From Bdellovibrionales bacterium (GTDB lineage: Bacteria > Bdellovibrionota > Bdellovibrionia > Bdellovibrionales > UBA1609): 64,000 nucleotides of DNA. Location of the stretch: the NCBI GenBank assembly GCA_965199825.1, contig OZ241329.1, positions 1,280,362-1,344,361 on the forward strand, written 5' to 3'. Below, piece after piece: positions 16,965-25,855 of this stretch (the first letter of the stretch is position 1; each line of letters starts with the position of its first letter). Under the pieces are notes generated by a model. The model did no database searches and had not been told where the DNA came from. It worked only from the letters and a program-made list of their open reading frames with translations. The translations under genes and the position numbers were made by a program.

Positions 16965-19502
16965 ATGAATCATGATGAAAATATGGAAGCTGCGTTGTTT
17001 GAGTATCTCGCGGAATGTGATGAACTCAACCTTCGTATAGGTGAAAGCTTGCGTTCGTTTGAAAAAGGCCCACAGACCCCTGAGGCCATCGATTCGCTCT
17101 ATCGCGATATCCATACTCTTAAAGGGTCATCCCAACTTTTTGGTTTTAAGCAGCTGGCAGAAATCACTCATAACATCGAAACTAGCCTAGACCCTATTCG
17201 CCGCAATCAGATTCAACTCCAAACTCCACAAATTGATTTGCTTCTCAAAGGTCTAGATTTGGTTGATCGAATTCTCCAAACCGTAAAGACCAATAAAAAA
17301 GAAAAAGATTTTTCGGTCGAGGTTGCTTATTTGATTCAAGAGATCTCGGCAACACAACCCTCAACGACTGTGGCACCCAAGGTTCAAATCGTGGCTGCAC
17401 AACCCACGGCGCATGCTCCTGAGGGTGCAGATCCAAGCTCGAGCATTCGAGTGCCGGTCACATTGTTAGACAAACTGATGAATTTGATGGGCGAAATGGT
17501 TTTGGTCCGTAATCAGGTTTTGCAATATGCCAATCAAAGTGAGTCTTTGGATTTTTTAAATTTAAGCCAGAGATTAGATATCGTCACAAGCGAAATTCAA
17601 GGCGAAGTGATGAAAACACGAATGCAACCGATTGGAACGATCCTTTCGAAATTTAACCGGGTGACTCGCGATCTTGCCAAGGAACTCAATAAAAAAATTG
17701 ATCTCAAACTTGTAGGTGTAGAAACAGAGCTCGATAAAACATTGCTCGAGGCTGTTAAAGATCCTGTGATGCATATTGTTCGTAACTCTTGTGATCACGG
17801 TTTAGAAACTCCTCAAGAGCGCCTTGCGGCTCACAAGCCAGAAACCGGAACCGTTACTGTTCGCTCGTTTCATGAAGGTGGGCAAGTGATCATCGAAATC
17901 AGCGATGATGGCCGTGGACTAAACAAAGATAAGTTAATTGCTAAAGCCATCGAAAAAGGACTTTTAACAGCAGAAAAAGCGAGCACTCTTCCGGAGCGTG
18001 ATGCTTTTGCTTTAATTTTTGCTCCAGGATTTTCTACCGCTACTACCGTTACGAATGTTTCTGGTCGTGGTGTGGGTATGGATGTGGTCAAAAATAATAT
18101 TGAAGGCATTGGTGGCCTTGTAGAAATTCAAAGTCAATTGGGTAAGGGCACAGTCACACGACTTAAAATTCCTCTAACGCTTGCAATTGTTCCAGCAATG
18201 ATTGTGCGTATTGGTGCTGAGCGCTTTGCCATTCCTCAAGTGAAATTGGTCCAATTGGTACGAGTTGAAAATTCGAATAATTCAATTGAAATGCTACAAG
18301 GTAAACCCGTATTTCGCTTACGCGGAAATATTCTTCCTTTGATCACGCTGCGCGAAGTTCTTAAAATGAAAGAGCCAGAAACTCCAAGCGAAGTCACAAA
18401 TATTGTGGTGGTCAACGCCGAAGGCACACTCGTGGGCCTGATTGTCGACGAGGTTCAAGACACCGCAGAAGTTGTGGTAAAGCCCCTAAGCCATTTTTTA
18501 AAAAATCTCTTTTTGTATTCGGGCGCAACCGTTTTGGGTGATGGATCGGTGGCTCTAATTTTAGATATTGTTGGGATTGCACAAAAAAATAATCTCAGCC
18601 GTGAAAATCAATCCAATAGACGCAATGAAGAAGAAGAAGCCGCACGCCTCGTGGACGAACAAGAATTTTTATTGTTTAAACTGAATTCTCCCACACGCCA
18701 TGCGATTCCGCTCAATCTCGTTCATCGACTCGAAGAATTTAAATCATCTGACGTGGAATACTCGGGAGAGCAGCGGTTTGTGCGCTATCGAGATTCGGCT
18801 TTGCCAATATTATCGTTGAATAAGATCTTGGGCTTTCCTGAAAAAGAATCCACCGGATCTTTGTCGGTGATCGTTACCCAACGCTCCTCACGGCTTTTTG
18901 GGATTGAGGTCGAGGAGATCTTTGACGTCCTGAACACCAGCGCGCCAATGGACGATGGATTTTCGGATCGTCGTGGAATTTTTGGTAACCTCGTGACCGA
19001 TAACGAATTGATCGTGGTGGTCGACACATTAAGAATCCTTGATGATGTTAATAACGCGCTCTCCAATTCCGATCCGAATAAGGTGGAAGAAAAAACTCAA
19101 CATCACGGTCAGGGTCGACGCATTTTATTTGTCGAAGACACCGCATTTTTTAGACGACATGTTTCGGCCGTATTAGAACGAGCCGGATATTCCTTAAAGA
19201 CCTGTGAAAACGGACTTGAAGCCCTTAATTTATTAGAAAAAACTCCAGCCAATCAGTTTGATCTGATTTTATCAGATATCGAAATGCCCAAGATGAACGG
19301 AATGCAACTCGCAACTGCTGTTCGACAGCTTGATGCTTGGAAGAACGTTCCGATGATTGCGCTCACCACAAAATTCAATCCTGTATTTGTGGACGAAGGT
19401 AAAAAGGCTGGATTCAATAGTTATCTTGAAAAGTTGAAACCAGAAATTTTACTGGCCGAACTTGAACTTTATCTCAGCCACGTTGAACGGAGAAGCGCTT
19501 GA
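16965..19502 (+). CDS. cheA: chemotaxis histidine kinase CheA fused to C-terminal receiver (Hpt-dim-HATPase-CheW-CheW-REC)
   Basis: Hpt 'IHTLKGSSQLFG'. N-box 'HIVRNSCDHGLE', G1 'DDGRGLN', G2 'GFSTA..VSGRGVGMDVV'. CheW-like 'FAIPQVKLVQLVRV' and 'EFLLFKLNSPTRHAIPLNLVHRLEEF'. REC 'ILFVEDTAFF...LILSDIEMPKMNG...EKL'. I set the start at ATG 16965; the ORF-track TTG at 16884 adds 27 unsupported residues. Confidence 0.9.
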   Translation: MNHDENMEAALFEYLAECDELNLRIGESLRSFEKGPQTPEAIDSLYRDIHTLKGSSQLFGFKQLAEITHNIETSLDPIRRNQIQLQTPQIDLLLKGLDLVDRILQTVKTNKKEKDFSVEVAYLIQEISATQPSTTVAPKVQIVAAQPTAHAPEGADPSSSIRVPVTLLDKLMNLMGEMVLVRNQVLQYANQSESLDFLNLSQRLDIVTSEIQGEVMKTRMQPIGTILSKFNRVTRDLAKELNKKIDLKLVGVETELDKTLLEAVKDPVMHIVRNSCDHGLETPQERLAAHKPETGTVTVRSFHEGGQVIIEISDDGRGLNKDKLIAKAIEKGLLTAEKASTLPERDAFALIFAPGFSTATTVTNVSGRGVGMDVVKNNIEGIGGLVEIQSQLGKGTVTRLKIPLTLAIVPAMIVRIGAERFAIPQVKLVQLVRVENSNNSIEMLQGKPVFRLRGNILPLITLREVLKMKEPETPSEVTNIVVVNAEGTLVGLIVDEVQDTAEVVVKPLSHFLKNLFLYSGATVLGDGSVALILDIVGIAQKNNLSRENQSNRRNEEEEAARLVDEQEFLLFKLNSPTRHAIPLNLVHRLEEFKSSDVEYSGEQRFVRYRDSALPILSLNKILGFPEKESTGSLSVIVTQRSSRLFGIEVEEIFDVLNTSAPMDDGFSDRRGIFGNLVTDNELIVVVDTLRILDDVNNALSNSDPNKVEEKTQHHGQGRRILFVEDTAFFRRHVSAVLERAGYSLKTCENGLEALNLLEKTPANQFDLILSDIEMPKMNGMQLATAVRQLDAWKNVPMIALTTKFNPVFVDEGKKAGFNSYLEKLKPEILLAELELYLSHVERRSA

Positions 19503-19924
19503 TCAAGCAATTTTCGACATTCTATATTTCTGATCGTATTTACGCGATTGATGTGACCGAGGTGCAAGAAATTGCAAAACCTCTTCCGATCACACCAATC
19601 CATCTGGCGCCAAATTTTGTTTTGGGTTTGATTAATCTACGTGGTCAGATTGCAACCGCGATCGGACTCAAAGAACTTTTCGAACTGCCTGAAGACACTC
19701 ATCTGGATAAGATGTCGGTGGTCTGTAAATGCGAGGGAGCCTTACTCTCGCTCTTGGTTGATCAAATTGGCGATGTGGTCGAAGTGTCGGACGACGACTT
19801 TGAACAGACTCCCGCAACTATTGATGAAACCACCAAAAGATTTTTAAAAGGCGTTTATAAAACTCCGACCGCAATTTTATCAGTCATTGAAATTAACAAA
19901 ATAAATAACTTCCTATCAAAGTGA
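19499..19924 (+). CDS. cheW: chemotaxis coupling protein CheW
   Basis: 141-aa single CheW domain '[21 protein letters not shown]...[14 protein letters not shown]'. A TTG start overlaps the cheA stop. Confidence 0.85.
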   Translation: MIKQFSTFYISDRIYAIDVTEVQEIAKPLPITPIHLAPNFVLGLINLRGQIATAIGLKELFELPEDTHLDKMSVVCKCEGALLSLLVDQIGDVVEVSDDDFEQTPATIDETTKRFLKGVYKTPTAILSVIEINKINNFLSK

Positions 19925-19931
19925 GGCCACT

Positions 19932-21908
19932 ATGAAAGACAAAAAAACAAGCGACATCGAGCTTATCGACTCCCCTGAAGACCAAAATCCTCGCGAACTG
20001 GAAGCGATTTCGGAAGCATTGAATCGTTCACAAGCAGTGATTGAGTTTACTCCTACTGGTGAGATTATCACTTGTAACGAGAACTTCTTAAGCACAGTGG
20101 GCTATTCATTAAACGAAGTTAAAGGAATGCATCATTCGATGTTTTGTACTCCTGACTACGTTAAAACAGCTGAGTACCCCATGTTTTGGAAAAAACTGGC
20201 TCGCGGCGAATTTCAATCTGGCGAATTTTTACGTTCGGCAAAAGGTGGCCGCGAAATTTGGCTGCAAGCAACTTACAATCCTATTCTCGATAAAAATGGC
20301 AAAGCAACCAAGGTCATTAAATTTGCGTCTGATATCACAGAGCAAAAAAATCACGCCGCTGATTCCGATGGAAAATTAAAAGCGATCGACAAGTCACAAG
20401 CTGTGATCGAATTTAACACCGACGGTGTGGTATTGACCGCCAATGAAAATTTCTTAAAAACTTTGGGATATGAACTTCGTGAAATCCAAGGCAAACATCA
20501 CCGCATGTTTTGCGAACCAAAGTATGTCGATTCAACCGCATATCGTCAGTTTTGGGATAAATTAGGTCGTGGCGAGTTTGAATCTGGAGAATACAAACGC
20601 GTTGGACGTGGCGGAAAAGAAGTTTGGATTCAAGCTTCGTACAATCCTATTTTTGATGCCACCGGACGAGTTGCAAAGGTTGTTAAATTTGCTTCTGACA
20701 TCACAGAAGAAAAAAACAAAAACGCAATTTTCGAAGGCAAGGTCAATGCGATTGGTAAAGCTCAGGCAATTATTGAATTCCAACTTGATGGAACAATCAT
20801 CACCGCCAACGAGAATTTCTTAAAAACTTTAGGTTATGACCTCCGAGAAATTCAAGGCAAACATCACCGTATTTTTGTTGAACCTTCCTACTTAAATTCA
20901 GCCGACTATCGCAACTTTTGGGAACGCCTTGGTCGCGGTGATATGGATGCGGGACAGTACAAACGGATTTCAAAAAATGGTTCTGAAGTTTGGATTCAGG
21001 CTTCGTACAACCCTATTTTTGATTCTGAGGGCCGTGTGATTCGTATCGTTAAGTTCGCCACCGACATCACTTCTGAAAAGAAAAAACTTGTTGAATTCGA
21101 AGGTCATGTTTCTTTACTTGAAGAAACGGCTAATGATCTTGCTGCAGCATCTTCACAGTTAACTGCAACAGCGTCACAAATGAGTTCTACTGCAAAGCGC
21201 ACGAACGAAGAATCTATGGCTGCTACCAAATCTTCTGAAGATGTGGCGGGCGGATTTGAAACCGTTGCGACAAACACCGAAGAGATGGTTGCTTCGATCA
21301 AAGAAATTTCGCGCTCAGCCAATGAGTCTGCAGAAATGGCAAAACTCACTTCGCGTAAAGCCCAAGAAACCAACTCAACGGTCACTCAGCTTGGAGCAAG
21401 CAGCCAAGAAATTGGCGAAGTGATCAAAGTGATTAGCTCGATTGCTCAGCAAACAAATTTACTAGCACTGAATGCGACGATCGAAGCCGCTCGTGCGGGT
21501 GATGCTGGAAAAGGTTTTGCGGTTGTTGCTAATGAAGTCAAAGAACTTGCAAAGCAAACTGCAAAAGCCACCCAAGATATCACCAACAAAATTGGCGCTA
21601 TCCAAAAGGATTCACAACGTGCGGTTGATGCGATTGGTGGAATCAATCAAGCGGTTGACCGTTTGAATGGAATCTCTGGAACTATTGCTGCAGCTGTTGA
21701 AGAACAAACTGCAACCACAAACGAAGTTTCACGAGTGGTTCAGCAAGCAAGTCGAAGTGTTCAAGGTATTTCTGGCAACATTCGATTGGTTTCGGTTGCG
21801 GCTGAAGAGGGTACCGCTTCGGCGAATCAAACTCTTGAAGCTTCACATAGTTTAACCGCTTTGGCGCAGAAATTAAAAGAAGTCGTCAAAAAGGTGAAGG
21901 CTGCTTAA
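19932..21908 (+). CDS. soluble methyl-accepting chemotaxis protein with three tandem PAS domains
   Basis: No TM or HAMP segments. Three ~122-aa PAS repeats precede the MCP signalling hairpin '[34 protein letters not shown]'. Confidence 0.9.
   Translation: MKDKKTSDIELIDSPEDQNPRELEAISEALNRSQAVIEFTPTGEIITCNENFLSTVGYSLNEVKGMHHSMFCTPDYVKTAEYPMFWKKLARGEFQSGEFLRSAKGGREIWLQATYNPILDKNGKATKVIKFASDITEQKNHAADSDGKLKAIDKSQAVIEFNTDGVVLTANENFLKTLGYELREIQGKHHRMFCEPKYVDSTAYRQFWDKLGRGEFESGEYKRVGRGGKEVWIQASYNPIFDATGRVAKVVKFASDITEEKNKNAIFEGKVNAIGKAQAIIEFQLDGTIITANENFLKTLGYDLREIQGKHHRIFVEPSYLNSADYRNFWERLGRGDMDAGQYKRISKNGSEVWIQASYNPIFDSEGRVIRIVKFATDITSEKKKLVEFEGHVSLLEETANDLAAASSQLTATASQMSSTAKRTNEESMAATKSSEDVAGGFETVATNTEEMVASIKEISRSANESAEMAKLTSRKAQETNSTVTQLGASSQEIGEVIKVISSIAQQTNLLALNATIEAARAGDAGKGFAVVANEVKELAKQTAKATQDITNKIGAIQKDSQRAVDAIGGINQAVDRLNGISGTIAAAVEEQTATTNEVSRVVQQASRSVQGISGNIRLVSVAAEEGTASANQTLEASHSLTALAQKLKEVVKKVKAA
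20001..21098 (+). repeat. 3 x 366-nt (122-aa) tandem PAS-domain repeats within the MCP gene
   Basis: 'SQAVIEF' occurs at residues 33 and 155 and 'AQAIIEF' at about 277. Each copy has 'NENFL.T.GY.L.E..G.HH..F' and 'W.QA.YNPI.D..G....V.KFA.DIT..K'. Confidence 0.85.
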
Positions 21909-22991
21909 TTGAGCTCTGAAAAAGTTAAAGTTTTTATTGTCGATGACTCAACGCTGTTTCGATCACAAATTCGAGCAGCGCTTGAGAGTGTCAATGACGT
22001 AGAAGTGGTCGGTTTTGCTCCTAATGGGCAATTGGCCATTGATGCGTTAAAGCACAAGCAAGCCGACGTGGTTACACTCGATCTTGAAATGCCCGTATTG
22101 AACGGCATCGAAACTTTGATCGAACTTAAGAAAATGAATTTCGCAGGACGAGTTTTGGTCTTTTCGTCACACTCAAAACGTGGGGCTGATCTGACTCTTA
22201 AAGCACTCGAAGCGGGTGCGAGCGATTTTTTACTTAAGCCCCAACTTCAAGACACTCCGGATCTGACTCCGATGGAAGCAATCAAAAAAGTTCTCGAACC
22301 AAAGATTGCCCAATTTCGATTTGTGAAACCTCAAGTCGTTGAAGTCAGGCCTCAACCAAAAAAGATTTATCCAATTTTAAATTTGAATTCATTTAATCCT
22401 CAAATGGTTGTGATTGCATCATCAACTGGCGGGCCCACCGCACTTGAAAAATTATTTTCGTTAATCACCGGCCCCTTGTCTTGCCCAATATTGATTGTGC
22501 AACATATGCCTCCTGTGTTTACCCAAGCCCTTGCCGAAAGATTGCAGCGCATCTCTGGCTTAGATGTCAAAGAGGCCACCAATCTGATGCCCATAAAAAA
22601 GGGAAGTGTGTATATTGCGCCGGGCGATTTTCATATGTCGGTTGCGATGATCAACGGAGCTCCAACTCTGATCACAGATCAGCGTCCGATGAGAAACTCG
22701 GTAAGACCTGCCGCAGATTTTCTTTTTGAATCGGCAACAGCGGTTTACAAAAATGCAACTCTTGGATTGGTTTTAACCGGAATGGGTGCAGACGGTAAAG
22801 ACGGAGCACTCGCAATCAAAAACGATGGCGGCGGAATTTTTATTCAAGATCAAAAATCCTGTGTGGTGTTTGGAATGCCAGGTGCGGTGCATGCCGATGG
22901 CGCTTACGATTATATGTCGGACATTGATGGGCTAGCAAAAAAATTAAGTGATCTCTCGATTTGTGGAATCAAAAAGGAAATTATAAAATGA
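21909..22991 (+). CDS. cheB: protein-glutamate methylesterase CheB (REC plus methylesterase)
   Basis: REC 'VFIVDDSTLFR...VVTLDLEMPVLNG'. Esterase 'VVIASSTGGPTAL', 'ILIVQHMP', 'GMGADG' and 'IQDQKSCVVFGMP'. The TTG start at 21909 lies directly after the MCP stop, and there is no in-frame ATG upstream of the REC. Confidence 0.9.
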   Translation: MSSEKVKVFIVDDSTLFRSQIRAALESVNDVEVVGFAPNGQLAIDALKHKQADVVTLDLEMPVLNGIETLIELKKMNFAGRVLVFSSHSKRGADLTLKALEAGASDFLLKPQLQDTPDLTPMEAIKKVLEPKIAQFRFVKPQVVEVRPQPKKIYPILNLNSFNPQMVVIASSTGGPTALEKLFSLITGPLSCPILIVQHMPPVFTQALAERLQRISGLDVKEATNLMPIKKGSVYIAPGDFHMSVAMINGAPTLITDQRPMRNSVRPAADFLFESATAVYKNATLGLVLTGMGADGKDGALAIKNDGGGIFIQDQKSCVVFGMPGAVHADGAYDYMSDIDGLAKKLSDLSICGIKKEIIK

Positions 22992-23365
22992 AAAAGATTT
23001 TGATTATTGATGACTCAAAAGCTGTGCATGCATTTGTTAAAGACTGCTTAAAAAGTTGTAACTATCAAATTCGTGACGTGTTCAATGGTCGAGAGGCTCT
23101 TGATCTGATCAACACCGGCGAAGCTTTTGATTTAATTTTACTCGATTGGGAAATGCCAATCTTGGACGGTCCCTCAACCATGGACCGCATGCCCAAATCA
23201 CAAAAAGCACCCGTCTTAATGATGACAACAAAAAACAAACCCGAAGAGATCTCGATGATGCTCGAAAAGGGTGTGAGCGAATATATCTTAAAACCGTTTA
23301 CCGCCGATATCATTGTCGAAAAAATTCAAAACGCCATGAGCGAAGGTATGAAACATGCAGCTTGA
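22988..23365 (+). CDS. cheY: CheY-like single-domain response regulator
   Basis: 'KILIIDDSKAV...LILLDWEMPILDG...ILKPF'. ATG 22988 overlaps the cheB stop as ATGA. Confidence 0.85.
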   Translation: MKKILIIDDSKAVHAFVKDCLKSCNYQIRDVFNGREALDLINTGEAFDLILLDWEMPILDGPSTMDRMPKSQKAPVLMMTTKNKPEEISMMLEKGVSEYILKPFTADIIVEKIQNAMSEGMKHAA

Positions 23366-24188
23366 AGCCATCACTTATTTTGCAAGCCTGATCGAAAAAG
23401 AATTGGGAATCGTTTATTCGGAATCCAATTATTTTCAGCTCCAAAACCGTCTAGAAGAAATTGCCAAAATGCGTGGCTTTCGCGATATTCAAGAGCTGCT
23501 CCAAGAGGCAAAACTTGGGATGTCGAGTGTGCTCAAGCAACTCGTTTTGGATGTAGCCACCAATAACGAAACTTCGTTTTTTCGTGATGCCAAATTGTTT
23601 CAAGGTATCAAACAGGTTTTGATTCCAAAACTGATCGAGGAATCAAAGGGAACCATTCGGATTTGGTCTGCGGCTTGTAGCTCGGGCCAAGAGGCATACT
23701 CGGTCGCAATGTTGATTCAAGAGCAACTTGAGCAATCTCAAAAGCAAGTGGATTTTAAAATTATCGCCACCGATATTTCCTCGCGTATTTTGCAAAAGGC
23801 CCAAGAGGCCCGCTACTCGCAGCTTGAAGTTCAACGCGGACTTCCAGCAAATTTGATGATTAAGTATTTTCAAAAAGATGAGCAAGACTATTGGTCGCTC
23901 AAACCCCAAATCCGCAATAAAGTTGAATTTCATAAATTAAATCTGCTCGATCCTTTTGATCGTATGGACAATTTTGATGTGATTTTGTGTCGCAATGTTT
24001 TGATCTATCAAGATGTTGAAAACAAAAAGAAGTGCATCCAAAAAATCACCGCAAAATTAACCCAAAAATCTGTTCTGATTCTTGGCGCGGGTGAAAGCAT
24101 GATTGGTCTTAATGATAATTTTGATTCAGTTAAAATCGCTGATGCGATTGTTTACCAATTGAAGCCATCCATTTCAAAAGTGGCTTAG
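23355..24188 (+). CDS. cheR: chemotaxis protein methyltransferase CheR
   Basis: 'TNNETSFFRD', the SAM-binding 'IRIWSAACSSGQEAYSVAM' and 'FDVILCRNVLIY' are canonical CheR motifs. Confidence 0.9.
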   Translation: MQLEAITYFASLIEKELGIVYSESNYFQLQNRLEEIAKMRGFRDIQELLQEAKLGMSSVLKQLVLDVATNNETSFFRDAKLFQGIKQVLIPKLIEESKGTIRIWSAACSSGQEAYSVAMLIQEQLEQSQKQVDFKIIATDISSRILQKAQEARYSQLEVQRGLPANLMIKYFQKDEQDYWSLKPQIRNKVEFHKLNLLDPFDRMDNFDVILCRNVLIYQDVENKKKCIQKITAKLTQKSVLILGAGESMIGLNDNFDSVKIADAIVYQLKPSISKVA

Positions 24189-24197
24189 AGGTTTTTT

Positions 24198-25823
24198 ATG
24201 AGCTCAGAAGAAGGTAAAAATCGTCTTAAGGAACTTGCTGATTACAAGATTCTAGACACCGAGCCCGAAGAGCAATTTAATAAATTGGTCGCAATGGCCG
24301 CTGCCATCTGCGAAGTTCCAATCGGAAAAATTTCATTCGGCGATGGCAACCGGAGATGGGTCAAAGCTTGTGTGGGAAGCGATCCGTTAGAAACTCCCTT
24401 AGACTTTTCTTTTTGCGAAGCCGTAACTGAATCGCGTAAGCAAATGATTATCTCAGATCTCTCAAAAGATCCACGCTTTGCAAATAACCCTATGGTTGTT
24501 GATTCCTCTCATTTTCGTTTTTATGCCGGTTTTCCACTGATCAGCAATGGACATGTTCTTGGCACGTTATGCGTGATTGACACAAAGCCTCGCACCTTAA
24601 AACCAGTCCAAATTGAATTCCTACAAATTTTGGCGAGCGAAGTTTTGAGTCATCTGAAATTGCGCAGAACATTGCTTGAGCTCAACGGCGCACAGGCCGC
24701 GATTGCCGAAGAAAACAACAGATTTAATAATCTGGTGAATCATCTTAAAGAAGCTGTATTTCAAACAGATTATGAAGGGCATTGGACTTATCTTAGTCCT
24801 GCATGGACTGAAATTTTAGGATATTCTATAGAAGAAAGTTTAAAAAAATCTTTTATAGACTACCTCCATCCTGATGATCAATTGTTGACTGGATTTGAAC
24901 CCTTGCTCAATGGTGATGTGACTTTCGTTCGCCGCCAAGTTCGGTATCTCAAAAAAAGTGGCGACTACTGTCCGATGGAAGTTTCTATTAGCGTCACCTA
25001 TGGCAAAAAAGGTGAGATTCTTGGACTTACCGGAACTTTGACCGACATCACCCAAAAATTGATCAATGAAAAAATAATGGAAGATCAAAGACTCAAGATG
25101 ATCCACTCAGGAAGACTGTATTCTCTTGGTGAAATGGCTGCAGGCATCGCTCACGAGATCAATAATCCCTTAGCGATTATTCGTGGTGCGGCTCAGGTCT
25201 TACAGCTCTCGGTGAAAGACAACAGCGTTGATGTGCTCAGCGTGAAAGAGACCGCGGCAAAAATTGATTCGACTGTTAGTCGCATTTCTAAGATTATTTC
25301 TGGCCTTCGATCCTTTGCGCGTGATGGTGGAACAGATCCTTTTGTTTCAACCTCGATCAAGGCGGTGATCACAGAGGCTTTGGAATTGTGTCAGTCACGA
25401 TTTCGCAATCATGGCATTGGCCTTATTGTTGAAAATACTGAAACCGATTTGCATATTCAATGTCGTCCCGTTCAAATTTCTCAAGCCATTTTGAATTTGC
25501 TCAATAATGCTTTTGACGCGATCGAAAAATTAGAACGCAAACAAATTCGAATTCAACTGATCGAAGCAACAGAGGTCATCAAGATCAATGTTTATGATTC
25601 GGGCAAGGGAATTCCTGAAGAGTTGTTAGCCAAAGTCATGCAACCCTTCTTTTCGACCAAAGGTCCCAATCGTGGGATGGGTTTGGGTTTGAGTTTGTCT
25701 AAGGGACTTATCGAGAGTCATGGGGGCTCGCTGGAGCTCAGCACGGTCTATGGCTGGACATGTTTTACGATCACCTTACCAAAAAAACAGGCGAGCCCAT
25801 CGGCTGTGCGAATCGCGAGTTAA
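24198..25823 (+). CDS. GAF-PAS sensor histidine kinase
   Basis: GAF 'YKILDTEPEEQFNKLVAMAAAICEVPIGKISF...RFYAGFPL'. PAS segment 'AVFQTDYEGHWTYLSPAWTEILGY'. H-box 'AGIAHEINNPL', N-box 'LLNNAFDA', G-boxes 'DSGKGIP' and 'GMGLGLSLS'. Confidence 0.85.
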   Translation: MSSEEGKNRLKELADYKILDTEPEEQFNKLVAMAAAICEVPIGKISFGDGNRRWVKACVGSDPLETPLDFSFCEAVTESRKQMIISDLSKDPRFANNPMVVDSSHFRFYAGFPLISNGHVLGTLCVIDTKPRTLKPVQIEFLQILASEVLSHLKLRRTLLELNGAQAAIAEENNRFNNLVNHLKEAVFQTDYEGHWTYLSPAWTEILGYSIEESLKKSFIDYLHPDDQLLTGFEPLLNGDVTFVRRQVRYLKKSGDYCPMEVSISVTYGKKGEILGLTGTLTDITQKLINEKIMEDQRLKMIHSGRLYSLGEMAAGIAHEINNPLAIIRGAAQVLQLSVKDNSVDVLSVKETAAKIDSTVSRISKIISGLRSFARDGGTDPFVSTSIKAVITEALELCQSRFRNHGIGLIVENTETDLHIQCRPVQISQAILNLLNNAFDAIEKLERKQIRIQLIEATEVIKINVYDSGKGIPEELLAKVMQPFFSTKGPNRGMGLGLSLSKGLIESHGGSLELSTVYGWTCFTITLPKKQASPSAVRIAS

Positions 25824-25855
25824 ACCGTCTCAATATCAAACAAGTGTGAGACGGC

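Noticed and set aside
25825-25854. A hairpin 'ccgtctca-N14-tgagacgg' after the GAF-PAS kinase gene, considered as a terminator
   Set aside because: The loop is long (14 nt) and there is no following T-run. It also abuts the putative TTG start of the next gene. It is at best a weak attenuator, so I did not list it as a feature.
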